Below are positions 9,209 to 19,748 of a stretch of DNA of 64,000 bases, one piece after another. The position numbers were made by a program, and so were the translations under genes. Under the pieces are notes generated by a model. It made no database searches and was not told the DNA's origin. It was given only the letters and a program-made list of their open reading frames with translations. The DNA is from Patescibacteria group bacterium (GTDB lineage Bacteria > Patescibacteriota > Patescibacteriia > JAXHNJ01), in contig JAXHNJ010000001.1 of the NCBI GenBank assembly GCA_034520665.1, positions 386,579 to 450,578 of the forward strand, written 5' to 3'. How positions within the stretch are numbered: the first letter of the stretch is position 1; every line of letters starts with the position of its first letter.

Positions 9209-10318
9209 TTATTTATACCAGTCATTTTTTGGCTGATAAGATAATTTTAGTTTTTGATCTTTTTTGTGTCTTTTGATGGCCAAAGATATTAATTCTTCGA
9301 TTAATTTTGAATAAGAAATACCTTCGTGCTGCCAAAGTTTAGGATACATAGAAATAGCAGTGAAGCCCGGTATGGTATTTATTTCATTAATATAAACCTC
9401 TTTATCCTTAACCAGAAAATCAGCCCGGGCCATACCATAGCCATTAAGAGAAATAAAAGCTTTTTTAGCCAAAATCTTTAATTCATTAACCACTTTTTTA
9501 GGTATTTCTATACCAGTTAAAGTTTTTGATTGGCCGTCGACATATTTAGCATCATAATCATAAAATTCTCCGGAAGCTATAATTTCTCCGGGATAAGAAA
9601 CTTTGGGGTCTTCGTTGCCTAAAATAGCAGTTTCAATTTCTCGGGCTTTTTCAATACTCTTTTCCACTAATACTTTATGGTCATATTTAAAGGCTTTTTC
9701 GATAGCTTTTTTTAAATTTTCTTTTTGACTTACCTTAGTTATTCCGACCGAAGAACCCATATTAGCTGGTTTTACAAAGCAGGGAAAAGCTATCTCTTTA
9801 AAGGCTTTTTCGAGCCAGTTTTTTTTATTTTTTTGCCAATCAAAATGTCTAAAATAGATAAATTTAGGGGTTTTTAGGCCCTCTTCTCTATAAATTTGTT
9901 TTTGCACTACTTTATCCATGCCTAAGCTTGAGCCTAATACTCCGGAAGCTACATAAGGAATCCCCGATAAATCAAGCAGACCCTGTATTTTACCGTCTTC
10001 ACCAAAAGGTCCGTGTAAAACCGGAAAGAAAAGGTCAATTTTCTGGATTAATTTTCCTGACTGAGCATCAAGCAAACCGCGGTGTTTGAAGTTTGTCGGC
10101 GGCAAAACAATTTGACTCTTCTTTATCTTGCCTTTTTTAAGATCTTCGAAAGGCTGGCCAATAATCCACTGGCCCTGCTTAGTTAAGCCAATGGGTATAG
10201 AGGTAAACTTATTTTTATTTAAAGCCTTAACCACTGACTGGGCTGAAACTAGAGAAACTTCATGCTCTGGCGAAGGTCCACCAAAAAGTATTCCAATTTT
10301 TAATTTTTTTACTGGCAT
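9209..10318 (-). CDS. ddl: D-alanine--D-alanine ligase
   Basis: GGPSPEHEVS, HGPFGEDG, GSSVG, omega loop FYDYDAKY, NEINTIPG. Confidence 0.95.
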   Translation of the reverse strand: MPVKKLKIGILFGGPSPEHEVSLVSAQSVVKALNKNKFTSIPIGLTKQGQWIIGQPFEDLKKGKIKKSQIVLPPTNFKHRGLLDAQSGKLIQKIDLFFPVLHGPFGEDGKIQGLLDLSGIPYVASGVLGSSLGMDKVVQKQIYREEGLKTPKFIYFRHFDWQKNKKNWLEKAFKEIAFPCFVKPANMGSSVGITKVSQKENLKKAIEKAFKYDHKVLVEKSIEKAREIETAILGNEDPKVSYPGEIIASGEFYDYDAKYVDGQSKTLTGIEIPKKVVNELKILAKKAFISLNGYGMARADFLVKDKEVYINEINTIPGFTAISMYPKLWQHEGISYSKLIEELISLAIKRHKKDQKLKLSYQPKNDWYK

Positions 10319-11454
10319 ATTATTCTTGGAATTAAGGGATTAATACGAGTGGGAATTTCATAGTTAATGGTGCCAATCTTTTCCGCCATTTCTTCAACGG
10401 TTATTTTTTCACTACCGTCACATCCAATTAAGGTAACCCTCTCCCCTACTCTAATATTTTTTATAGGGGTAATATCAACCATATGCATATTCATACAAAT
10501 CCGGCCTAAAACCGAACAGCGCTGGCCTTTAATGAGAACAAAATTTTTGTTCGAGAGATGTCGATCATAACCGTCCCAATAACCCACTGGTAAAACCGCA
10601 ATTTTCTTTTTTGTTTTAGTTTTATAGGAACAGCCATAGCCAATATTGTGACCGGCGGGCAGTTTTTTGATCTGAATTATTTTGGTGTACCAGGAAAGAA
10701 CTGGTTTTAAAGAGAAATTATTATATTTATCCTTGACTCTTTTTTTAACCGCCTCGGATGGATAAAGTCCATAAAGAGAAAGACCCAGACGAATTAAATT
10801 ATAATGAATTTTACTATGACCGATAGCTGCGGCCGAACAAGCCATATGTTTTAAAGGGATATTAATATTTTCTTTTTTTAATTTTTCTAAAATTTGATTA
10901 AATCTTTTTATTTGTTTATTAGTAAAATTCCAGTTAGCGTTTTCTGAGTCAGCTAAATGGGTAAAAACTCCTTCAATAGACAGATTTTTCATTTTGGAAA
11001 TTTTTTTTACAATATTATAGAAATCTTCGGGCCAAAGACCTAGACGGCCGGTACCAGTTTCTACCTTAAGATGAATTTTAACTTTTTTATTTAATTTTCG
11101 AGCTAGACTGTTTAATTTACGGGCAAATTTTTGGCTATAGACACTAAAGGTAATATCTTTTTTAATACCTAAAGATAAATCTTCATCAACAAAACTTAAG
11201 ACTAATAAACGGCCACTAAACCCAAAATGACGAAGTATTAGGGATTCGGATAGGTTTACCGTACAAAAGCCCCAAATAGGCTCATTTTTAAGCAAATTAG
11301 CACATTCTATCAAGCCATGGCCATAAGCATTAGACTTTAAAACAGGGGCTATTTGACTGTTTTTAGCCTTTATATTATTGTATTGCTTTAAATTGTGTTT
11401 AAGAGCTGATCGGGAAATTTCAACCCAAGTGGGCCAATTTTGGGAATTTGACAT
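10309..11454 (-). CDS. alr: Alanine racemase
   Basis: PVLKSNAYGHG PLP-lysine motif, GYWDG, GRICM, GTINYE. Confidence 0.95.
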   Translation of the reverse strand: MSNSQNWPTWVEISRSALKHNLKQYNNIKAKNSQIAPVLKSNAYGHGLIECANLLKNEPIWGFCTVNLSESLILRHFGFSGRLLVLSFVDEDLSLGIKKDITFSVYSQKFARKLNSLARKLNKKVKIHLKVETGTGRLGLWPEDFYNIVKKISKMKNLSIEGVFTHLADSENANWNFTNKQIKRFNQILEKLKKENINIPLKHMACSAAAIGHSKIHYNLIRLGLSLYGLYPSEAVKKRVKDKYNNFSLKPVLSWYTKIIQIKKLPAGHNIGYGCSYKTKTKKKIAVLPVGYWDGYDRHLSNKNFVLIKGQRCSVLGRICMNMHMVDITPIKNIRVGERVTLIGCDGSEKITVEEMAEKIGTINYEIPTRINPLIPRIICQ

Positions 11455-11459
11455 AAAAG

Positions 11460-12704
11460 TTATTTAATTTCTTTTAATGGGCAGTATTTTTGCAAAACCT
11501 TTGGTACTTTTATTGATCCTGATGAAGTCTGAAAATTTTCAATGATGGCCACTAGTATACGACCCATAGCCAGAGCGGTGCCGTTGATAGTATGCACAAA
11601 TTTGGTTTGATTATTTTGGTCACGATAGCGGATATTAAGACGACGGGCTTGAAAATCAGTACAAGTGGAACAGGAATGAGTTTCCCGGTATTTATTTTGC
11701 CCGGGCATCCAAGTTTCTATATCAAAAGTTCTGGCTGAAGGAAAAACTAAATCGCCAGTACACATTTTAACTAGGCGGTAAGGAATCTTTAAATTATTCA
11801 TAATTTCCTGGGCGCAATCAAAAACAAATATTTGCTCCTGATCGCCTTTTTCTTTTTCAGCCAGTGAAACCATCTCCAGTTTATCAAACTGGTGCAGTCT
11901 TAAAATGCCTTTGGTATCTTTACCATATGAACCAGCTTCTCTTCGGAAAGCCGGCGTAAAGGCGCCGTATCTTTGGGGTAATTCTTTTTTATCTAAAATT
12001 TCATTAGCGTGTAAAGGAATTAAAGACTGTTCAGCCGTGCCGATAAGATAAAGCCCGTCTTTTTTAAAATGGTATTTATCTTTTTCATCCAAACCCTCAA
12101 TATAGCCTAGTCCTTTCATAATCTTATCTTTAATCATTAAAGGCGGCACAATAAGGGAAAACCCCTTTTTAGTGAGAAAATCCAGGCCAAAAGATAATAA
12201 AGCGTACTGCAGCTTAACCAAGTCTCCTTTAAGATAAGTAAAACGTGAACCCGAAACCTTGGCCGCTCTTTCCATATCGATTAAATCAAGTTTTTGGGCC
12301 AGCCTTAAATAGTCTTTAATTTTAAAATCAAATTTTGTTTTCTCTCCCTTGGTTTCTAAAATTTCATTTTCTGTATCATTTCGGCCCACTTTAACATCAC
12401 TGGCCGGTAGGTTTGGTAGAGATAATAACTTCTCTTTAAAATCATTTTTATATTCAAGCAAGCCTTTTTCTAGAGTTTTGATAGTGCCTTTTTTATGGCG
12501 CAAGAGTTTTAAATCTTCTTCAGATAAATTTTTACCTGATTTATTATTCATTTCCGAGCGAAGTTCATCCAGGCGTTGTTTAAACTGTCTAATTTTTTTA
12601 TCTAGCTCAAAAATTTCATCAATTATTCCAGGCTTAACTCCCCTCTTTTCTAAACCATGTTTAACTTCTTTTTTATTATCTCTTATTAATTTAATATCTA
12701 TCAT
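11460..12704 (-). CDS. serS: Serine--tRNA ligase
   Basis: MIDIKLIR, N-terminal coiled coil, GTAEQ, FRREAGSYGKD, HTINGT. Confidence 0.97.
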   Translation of the reverse strand: MIDIKLIRDNKKEVKHGLEKRGVKPGIIDEIFELDKKIRQFKQRLDELRSEMNNKSGKNLSEEDLKLLRHKKGTIKTLEKGLLEYKNDFKEKLLSLPNLPASDVKVGRNDTENEILETKGEKTKFDFKIKDYLRLAQKLDLIDMERAAKVSGSRFTYLKGDLVKLQYALLSFGLDFLTKKGFSLIVPPLMIKDKIMKGLGYIEGLDEKDKYHFKKDGLYLIGTAEQSLIPLHANEILDKKELPQRYGAFTPAFRREAGSYGKDTKGILRLHQFDKLEMVSLAEKEKGDQEQIFVFDCAQEIMNNLKIPYRLVKMCTGDLVFPSARTFDIETWMPGQNKYRETHSCSTCTDFQARRLNIRYRDQNNQTKFVHTINGTALAMGRILVAIIENFQTSSGSIKVPKVLQKYCPLKEIK

Positions 12705-12710
12705 AATTTT

Positions 12711-13262
12711 TTATAAGCCAATTTTATTAGAGATGTTTTGCATGGATTTGAGACTAATTTTAACAAAATCTTCTAAAGAAAGACCAAGTTCTTGGCAGCT
12801 GGCTATAGCCTGACGATTAGCTCCTTTAGCAAAAGATTTTTCTTTAAATCTTTTTAAAACTGATTTAGTCTTTAAACTCTTTAGCTTTTTATCCGGTAAA
12901 ACTAAAGTGGCCGCTACTATGAGACCAGTTATCGGGTCGGCACAATAAAGAGCTTTATCGATTTTAGTTTTTCGAGGCAGACCATGCACTTCATTATGAG
13001 CTTTGACGGCCTGAACTATATCTTCATCAACTCCTAATTCTTTTAGTATTTGGGCTCCCTTAAGTGAATGCTTCTTTGGATTATCTTTAGTTTCTTCGTA
13101 GTCAATATCATGCAGCAAACCAGCCAAGCTCCATTTTTCCTCGTCTTTATTAAAAGTCTTGGCCAAGGCTTTCATCACTGCTTCCACAGCCAGGCAGTGA
13201 TTAATTAAATTTGGGGTTTTGATTTTTTCTTTGACTAATTTTAAAGCTTGATCTCGGGTCAT
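12711..13262 (-). CDS. HD (HDIG-type) domain phosphohydrolase
   Basis: HCLAVE...GLLHDID...KSFAKGANR. Confidence 0.85.
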   Translation of the reverse strand: MTRDQALKLVKEKIKTPNLINHCLAVEAVMKALAKTFNKDEEKWSLAGLLHDIDYEETKDNPKKHSLKGAQILKELGVDEDIVQAVKAHNEVHGLPRKTKIDKALYCADPITGLIVAATLVLPDKKLKSLKTKSVLKRFKEKSFAKGANRQAIASCQELGLSLEDFVKISLKSMQNISNKIGL

Positions 13263-14734
13263 TTTTTAGGTTTTAATGTGGGAAAAAGTATCACTTCTTT
13301 AATATTGTGTCGGTTTGTCAGCAGAGCTGTTAAACGGTCTATCCCCAGGCCAAAGCCGGCTGTCGGAGGCATACCATAAGTTAAGGCTTCGATAAAACTT
13401 TCATCAATTCTTTGCGCTTCTTGATCACCTTTTTTTCTTAAAGATTCCTGGGCCATGAATCTTTCCTTTTGATCAAGCGGATCGTTTAATTCAGAAAAAG
13501 CATTGGTTAATTCCTGTCCCCCGGCAATTAATTGAAACCTTTCCGTGTAATTCGGTTGAGTGGCCTTTTTCTTACTCAAAGGTGATATTTCCGTTGGGTA
13601 ATCAATAACAAAAGTGGGGTTAATTAGATTAGGACGTATAAGTTTTTTAAACAAATTATCGATGATACTGCCGCGTTGCTCGTTTTTTTCAATTTCTAAG
13701 CCCTTATTTTTAGCTTTTTTAATGAGTTCCTTATCGTTTTTAATTTTATCAAGATCAATAGCCACATATTTTTTCAAGGCTTGGTTAAATGAGATTCTTT
13801 TGAAAGGAGCCTTGAAATCTATAGTTCTATTTTCGTATTTTATTTTCGGGCCGATTTTAAGAGAGTCTAAAATATGGCCGATCATTTGTTCAGTTAACTG
13901 CATTAAATCCTCATAATCAGCGTAAGCCCAGTAAAATTCAACCTGGGTAAACTCAGGATTATGAGAATGATCAATACCTTCATTACGAAAACAACGGGCT
14001 ATTTCATAAACTTTTTCAAAACCGCCGATAATAAGCCGTTTTAAAAATAATTCTGGAGCTATACGAAGATATAAGTCTATATCAAGAGCCTTATGGTGAG
14101 TTTTAAAAGGTTTGGCATTGGCTCCGCCGGGTATTGACTGAAGGACCGGGGTCTCTACTTCTAAAAAACCTCTTCTATCTAAAAATTCGCGTATGGCTCG
14201 TACTATGAGGCTCCGTTTTTCAAAAATAGCTTTTACTTCTGGGTTAGCAATTAGGTCAAGATATCTCTGCCGAAAACGAACTTCGGTGTCCGATAAGCCG
14301 TGCCACTTTTCAGGTAATGGCATTAAAGCTTTGGTTAAAAGTTTATAATCATGGACTAAAACAGTTTCTTCGCCCCTTTTAGTTTTAAAGAGGAGGCCGG
14401 TTATTTGTATAAAATCACCGATATCAAAATTATTTTTAAAAAGATTATACTTTTCCGGTCCCAGTTTATTTTTTTTCAAATAAATTTGTATTGAATCTGA
14501 AGCGTCTTCTAAATCGCAAAAAAGAGAGCCACCATGAAGGCGCAAGCTTTTAAGTCTTCCCAATATAGTCACTTCTTTATTATTTTTGGCCAGTTTCTCA
14601 AATTTAGCCAGGGCTTGTTTAATGGTATGAGTACGTTCAGCTTGAGCTGGAAAAGCATTTATTTTTTTTTCTTTTAATTTCTCTAATTTTTCTAAACGGA
14701 ATCTGTATTGGTCCAGATCTTTTGATTTTTTCAT
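13259..14734 (-). CDS. lysS: Lysine--tRNA ligase (class II)
   Basis: LPEKWHGL, RQRYLDL, YLRIAPEL, FRNEG, GMPPTAGFGLGIDRL. Confidence 0.97.
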   Translation of the reverse strand: MKKSKDLDQYRFRLEKLEKLKEKKINAFPAQAERTHTIKQALAKFEKLAKNNKEVTILGRLKSLRLHGGSLFCDLEDASDSIQIYLKKNKLGPEKYNLFKNNFDIGDFIQITGLLFKTKRGEETVLVHDYKLLTKALMPLPEKWHGLSDTEVRFRQRYLDLIANPEVKAIFEKRSLIVRAIREFLDRRGFLEVETPVLQSIPGGANAKPFKTHHKALDIDLYLRIAPELFLKRLIIGGFEKVYEIARCFRNEGIDHSHNPEFTQVEFYWAYADYEDLMQLTEQMIGHILDSLKIGPKIKYENRTIDFKAPFKRISFNQALKKYVAIDLDKIKNDKELIKKAKNKGLEIEKNEQRGSIIDNLFKKLIRPNLINPTFVIDYPTEISPLSKKKATQPNYTERFQLIAGGQELTNAFSELNDPLDQKERFMAQESLRKKGDQEAQRIDESFIEALTYGMPPTAGFGLGIDRLTALLTNRHNIKEVILFPTLKPKK

Positions 14735-14843
14735 AAAATTTATTTAGCTATTGTCTACATTATAACATAATATATGGCGCGAGAGCAAATAAAAAACTAG
14801 TCTTTAATAGAAAAACTAGTTATTTATAAAATCTATTTTAATT

Positions 14844-15311
14844 CTATTCAATAGAAATAATCTGATACTCTTTAACTCCACTGGGAACTTCAATTTTTAT
14901 TGTTTCGCCTTTTTTGCAGCCGAGAAAAGCTTGACCAATAGGAGATTTATGGGAAATTTTACCTTCTTCTAAATTAACTTCATTAGTGCCAACAATAATA
15001 AAGGTTGAAATTTTATCATCATTTTTTACCTTAATGGTCGAGCCAAGGTTGACTCTATCACCTTTATTATTTTTTTTATCAATAATACTGGCATTTTTTA
15101 AAATTTCTTTTAATTCAACAATGCGACCTTCAACAAAAGATTGCTCATTTTTAGCTTCAGCATATTCGGCGTTTTCTGATAAATCTCCCATCTCCTTGGC
15201 TTCTTGAATTCTATTAGCTATCTCTTTTCTTTTAACATTTTTAAGATTATCAAGTTCTTTTTTAAACTTTTTTAAACCCTCTTTAGTAATATAGGTTGGT
15301 TCAGAAGACAT
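14844..15311 (-). CDS. greA: Transcription elongation factor GreA
   Basis: GDLSENAEY, SPIGQA. Confidence 0.95.
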   Translation of the reverse strand: MSSEPTYITKEGLKKFKKELDNLKNVKRKEIANRIQEAKEMGDLSENAEYAEAKNEQSFVEGRIVELKEILKNASIIDKKNNKGDRVNLGSTIKVKNDDKISTFIIVGTNEVNLEEGKISHKSPIGQAFLGCKKGETIKIEVPSGVKEYQIISIE

Positions 15312-15386
15312 AAAATATTAATTTAATTTCCAAATAAAAAATAGCGCATAAAGGCTTTTTTGGGTATTTGATAGCTGTATTAAATA

Positions 15387-15428
15387 ATTTTAATGATTTT
15401 ATAAATTATGTCAAGTAGATTTTCCACA
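15387..15428 (-). promoter_or_regulatory. greA promoter with adjacent DnaA-box match
   Basis: Minus strand TTGACA-16-TAAAAT; TTTTCCACA at 15420-15428. Confidence 0.5.
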
Positions 15429-15440
15429 AAAGGAATAAAA

Positions 15441-17360
15441 CTATTTATCAGCCAAATACTCTTCTAAGCCAGCTTTAGCTACTGGTAAGGCCGCTGCGTG
15501 GCCTTCACCGCCGTTTTCTACCAGGACGGTAATAACAATTTCAGGATTTTCATAGGGAGCAAAGCAGGTAAACCAAGCGTGAGTCGGTTTATTCTGAGCA
15601 TATTGGGCCGTACCGGTTTTACCGCCAACAGAAAAAGGTAAACTTGAAAGAGCCCGGGCTGAGCCGGATAAAACAGCTTCTCTCATCCCCTCTCTTACAG
15701 TGTTTAAGTGTTTTTTTTCTATAAAATCAGTTTTTAATATATCAGGCTCTATATCATCAAGCGTATTATTGTTTACATCTGTTATTTTTTTGACTAAGTG
15801 GGGTTTGTATATTGTCCCTTGATTAGCAATAGTCGCAGTAAAACTAGCTACCTGCAAAGGAGTAACTAAAATATCACCCTGACCAATAGCTAAGTGATAA
15901 GTATCTCCAATATACCAATTCTCACCTTTGGTTTCCTTTTTCCACTGACGAGAAGGTAAAAACCCATTTTTTTCGCTAGGATAATCTATACCGAGCCGAG
16001 TACCAAGGTTGAACATTTTTAGATATTTATTAATTAATTCTAAGCCCAGACCCTTTATATCATTATAACCGCCGCCGTAAATATAGAAATAAGAATTTAC
16101 TGATTGAGCAATAGCTTTAACCACATTAGTTATACCGTGACCACCGCTTTTCCAGTCAGGGTAAAACCAGCGGCTAATTTTAATACCGCCGGTACTGTTA
16201 ATTGTGTCATACCGGCTAGCTATCCCCTCTTCTAAAATGGCTGAGGCAATAGCCGGCTTTATAGTTGAGCCTGGAGGATATTCTCCAGAAACAGCTCTAG
16301 TGATAAAAGGTTTATCCGGATTATTAATTAAATCCTGGTATGTTTTTTCGTCTATGCCTTTATAAAATAAATTATTATCAAAACTTGGACTGGATAAAAA
16401 GGCTAATATCTCTCCATTTTGAGGGTTCATAGCCACTACAGCTCCACCCGTAGCCTCATGATTTTTTATTTCTGATTCTAATTTTTTGTAGAGAGTCTCT
16501 TGAAGACTGCTATTTATTGAAAGAACTAGATTGTTACCGGGCACAGCTTCTTTGGTGGCAATAATATTTTTTATCCTATTAAAATTATCTCTTTCTACTT
16601 GACGAATACCATCTTTACCTTTTAACTGATTTTCATATTCTTTTTCTAAACCCATTTTTCCTATATAATCAATAATTCGGTAATCATCATTGTCTTCAAG
16701 TTCTTTTTTTGTAATCTTACCCATATAGCCTAATAAATGGGAAAAGGCCGGTCCTTTTTGATAATCTCTTACAGCTTGTGTTTCTAGCTTTACGGAGGGG
16801 TTTTCTTCTAGTAATATTTTTAATTTTAAAGCTTTATTATAATCTATATATTCTTTAATAATAACCGGCTGACTGCTCAAGGGATCAGCTTGTTTGAATA
16901 ATTCTAATATTTTTTCTGATTTAATATCAATGATTTCCGATAATTTATGGGCCATTTCTTCCTGTTTAGAATAATCATTCGTTAAATCTGCTGGGGTAAA
17001 ATATAGAGTAAAGTTTGGGGAATTTTTAACTAAGATATTGTTCTGACTATCATAAATAATTCCTCTGGGAGAACTTAAAATTTCATTTTTTATACGATTG
17101 TTTTCCGCTCGGTCGCGATATTCTTGACCCTGTATAACCTGAAGATTTAAGAGTTGAAAAAAAACGACTATAAAAAGCCCAAACACTAAGGCATAAAATA
17201 TTTTTAATTTCTTATGGGGAATATTTTTTAATGAGGATTGATTTGATTGATGATTTAAAATATCAGCTTCTACTAGATTAGCCTTATAGGCGCGGTTAAT
17301 AGCACTATCTTTAATAAGAGGAGATTTAAATATATCTTTATGTTTATTATTTTTTGGCAT
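15441..17360 (-). CDS. mrdA: Penicillin-binding protein 2
   Basis: PRGIIYD, GSTIK (SxxK), SVN (SxN), KTGT; follows mreBCD. Confidence 0.93.
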   Translation of the reverse strand: MPKNNKHKDIFKSPLIKDSAINRAYKANLVEADILNHQSNQSSLKNIPHKKLKIFYALVFGLFIVVFFQLLNLQVIQGQEYRDRAENNRIKNEILSSPRGIIYDSQNNILVKNSPNFTLYFTPADLTNDYSKQEEMAHKLSEIIDIKSEKILELFKQADPLSSQPVIIKEYIDYNKALKLKILLEENPSVKLETQAVRDYQKGPAFSHLLGYMGKITKKELEDNDDYRIIDYIGKMGLEKEYENQLKGKDGIRQVERDNFNRIKNIIATKEAVPGNNLVLSINSSLQETLYKKLESEIKNHEATGGAVVAMNPQNGEILAFLSSPSFDNNLFYKGIDEKTYQDLINNPDKPFITRAVSGEYPPGSTIKPAIASAILEEGIASRYDTINSTGGIKISRWFYPDWKSGGHGITNVVKAIAQSVNSYFYIYGGGYNDIKGLGLELINKYLKMFNLGTRLGIDYPSEKNGFLPSRQWKKETKGENWYIGDTYHLAIGQGDILVTPLQVASFTATIANQGTIYKPHLVKKITDVNNNTLDDIEPDILKTDFIEKKHLNTVREGMREAVLSGSARALSSLPFSVGGKTGTAQYAQNKPTHAWFTCFAPYENPEIVITVLVENGGEGHAAALPVAKAGLEEYLADK

Positions 17361-17883
17361 CTTTGAATATAAAATTAGCTTTAAGTCTTTGAGTTAAAAA
17401 GTTAATAATCATATAAATAAGTACAACAATCAAACTATTAGAAACTCCCTGAATTAATATAAAAATTAAATAATTTTTAGAAACATTTAAACTGTAAGAA
17501 CTAAAGCCAAAATATTGCACAAATAGAGAAGAAAAAGCCAATAAAGTGTAAAATATCAAACTTGAAAAGAATGTTAATACTAAAAAAGTGTAAAGAGTTT
17601 TATTGGTAATAAATTTTTGAAACAAATAATAGGTAATAATAATAGTTAAAATGTAGGTAAAGATATAAGTGCCAAAATTCAAAAACGAATATAAATCTAT
17701 AAAAAAACCAACTACTAAACACCAAATAAGACTTTGTTTAAGGTCCTGAGTTATCATTATTATAATAATGATAATTAAGAGCGGATTAATAAATTTTAAA
17801 GTGGGAGGCAAAAAATTAATAAAATTTAGTTGAAACAAGACGGCTAAAAAAATTAAAATAGCGTTGGTAATATATTTATTCAT
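17347..17883 (-). CDS. mreD: Rod shape-determining protein MreD
   Basis: Small hydrophobic protein with GFFIDLYS between mreC and mrdA. Confidence 0.8.
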   Translation of the reverse strand: MNKYITNAILIFLAVLFQLNFINFLPPTLKFINPLLIIIIIIMITQDLKQSLIWCLVVGFFIDLYSFLNFGTYIFTYILTIIITYYLFQKFITNKTLYTFLVLTFFSSLIFYTLLAFSSLFVQYFGFSSYSLNVSKNYLIFILIQGVSNSLIVVLIYMIINFLTQRLKANFIFKDAKK

Positions 17884-17885
17884 TT

Positions 17886-18692
17886 TTAATATTTTGTTAA
17901 AACAGAAACAATCTGGACGTGATCATAGTTAATCGGCGACTCAATAAAAGCCAACTGAAAAAAATCACCTGATTGTTTTTTGATACTTTTTATTTCACCA
18001 ATAAGTAAACCTTTAGGAATAGAGTTCTCCAAGCCGCTGGTAACTACTGACTGACCAACATTAATTTGATCTTGTTTTGGTATTAAATCCATTTTTAAGG
18101 TTAGCCCAAATTCACCAGTAATTAAGCCTTCACTTAACTCTTCATTTTGAATCTGAGCGGCTGTTTTACTTCTAACGTCGTTAAGTAGCATGACTTGAGC
18201 ACTATTTTTTTCTACTTGAGCTATTTTACCGATAAGTATAGCCTTCTCAGTCACTACCGGCATATTTTTTTTGATACCACTATTTGTTCCGCGATTGATT
18301 ACCATGGTTTTAAAAGTTGGGTCAACACCCCGGCTAATGACGCGAGAAAAAACGTAGGAATAGTTTTTCTTTTGTAATTCTTCTACCTGTGAGCTGATAA
18401 TTTTATTTTCTTCAAAAAGAGTTTTAAGATAATTATTTTCAATGGTTAGCTTATTTATTTCTTTCTTTAAATCTTTGTTTTCTTTTTGGAGCTTTTCTAT
18501 ACTAACAAAATTATTAAAAAAGTTTTTTATTGAAGTAGTAAAAGAAATACCGGCTTTTTGAACCGGATTTAAAAGCCAAATAGTGGCGTTTTCTACCGGT
18601 TTTAAAACTCCCACGCCATGCAACAAAACTAAGAGTATTACTACAACTCCAATTATAAAAAATATATTTTTATATTTTATTGGTATGGGCAT
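17886..18692 (-). CDS. mreC: Rod shape-determining protein MreC
   Basis: TM, coiled coil, INRG...GIK, VVTSG...PKGLLIG. Confidence 0.92.
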   Translation of the reverse strand: MPIPIKYKNIFFIIGVVVILLVLLHGVGVLKPVENATIWLLNPVQKAGISFTTSIKNFFNNFVSIEKLQKENKDLKKEINKLTIENNYLKTLFEENKIISSQVEELQKKNYSYVFSRVISRGVDPTFKTMVINRGTNSGIKKNMPVVTEKAILIGKIAQVEKNSAQVMLLNDVRSKTAAQIQNEELSEGLITGEFGLTLKMDLIPKQDQINVGQSVVTSGLENSIPKGLLIGEIKSIKKQSGDFFQLAFIESPINYDHVQIVSVLTKY

Positions 18693-18697
18693 AAATT

Positions 18698-19747
18698 TTA
18701 CATATCAATTTCAGAAGGAGTAATCAGAACTTCTTTTAAATTTTCAAAATCTTCTAATATAAGTCCGGTGCCTCGCACGACACAGGTTAAGGGATCATCA
18801 GTTACATTGACAGGAATTTTAGTCTCCATATTTATAACTTTAGAAAGATTATTCAGTAAAGCGCCACCACCAGTTAAAACAATACCTCGGGTATAAATAT
18901 CAGAAACCAGTTCCGGTGGTGTGCTTTCAATAGTATTTTTAATATTTTCAACAATTGTTTTAAGAGACCGATTTAAAGCGTTTTTTACCTGAGAAGAAGT
19001 AATAGTTACTTCTTTAGGTAAACCGCTTATTAAGTCACGTCCGCGGATTTTCATTGCCTTATTTTCATTATCTTCAACCATAGCCGAGCCGATCTTTTTT
19101 TTACATTCTTCAGCAGTTTTTTCTCCAATTAAGAGATTAAATTCCTCACGAGTGTATTGGATAATATTGCGATCAAATTCGTTACCAGCTACTTTAAGAG
19201 ATTTTGAAGCCACGACGCCACCTAATGAGATGACCGCTATTTCTGTAGTGCCACCGCCGATATCAACTACAATATTACCTGAAGCATCTTGAATAGGCAG
19301 TCTGGCGCCAATAGCCGCAACCATTGGCTCTTCAATTAAAAATACTTCACTGGCTCCAGCGTGTAGAGTGGCGTCTTCTACCGCTTTTTTTTCCACTTCT
19401 GTTATGCCCAAGGGAATAGCAATTACTATACGCGGACGAGGTAAAAAACCAAATCTTTCTTGATGAACTTTTTCTATAAAATACTTGAGCATTTTTTCGG
19501 TCACTTCAAAATCAGAAATAACTCCGGAAACCAGAGGTTTCATAGCGGTAATATGAGAGGGGGTTTTGCCGACCATTTTCTTGGCTTCATCACCAATAGC
19601 TAAGATTTGTTCTGTTTTAGTATTAACGGCCACTACTGAAGGTTCATTAATAACAATACCTTTATCGCGAATATAAACTAAGGTATTAGCTGTTCCTAAA
19701 TCTATCCCCATATCCTTGGAAAATCTTTTAAATATTTTTTTAAACAT
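18698..19747 (-). CDS. mreB: Rod shape-determining protein MreB
   Basis: GIDLGTANT, NEPSVVA, DIGGGTTE, LTGGGA; heads mreBCD-mrdA. Confidence 0.96.
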   Translation of the reverse strand: MFKKIFKRFSKDMGIDLGTANTLVYIRDKGIVINEPSVVAVNTKTEQILAIGDEAKKMVGKTPSHITAMKPLVSGVISDFEVTEKMLKYFIEKVHQERFGFLPRPRIVIAIPLGITEVEKKAVEDATLHAGASEVFLIEEPMVAAIGARLPIQDASGNIVVDIGGGTTEIAVISLGGVVASKSLKVAGNEFDRNIIQYTREEFNLLIGEKTAEECKKKIGSAMVEDNENKAMKIRGRDLISGLPKEVTITSSQVKNALNRSLKTIVENIKNTIESTPPELVSDIYTRGIVLTGGGALLNNLSKVINMETKIPVNVTDDPLTCVVRGTGLILEDFENLKEVLITPSEIDM

Positions 19748-19748
19748 T

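Noticed and set aside
9209-11454. alr-ddl as a vancomycin-resistance (D-Ala-D-Lac) cluster
   Set aside because: The omega loop has Tyr (FYDYDAKY), typical of D-Ala-D-Ala ligases, and no vanH/X/R/S is present
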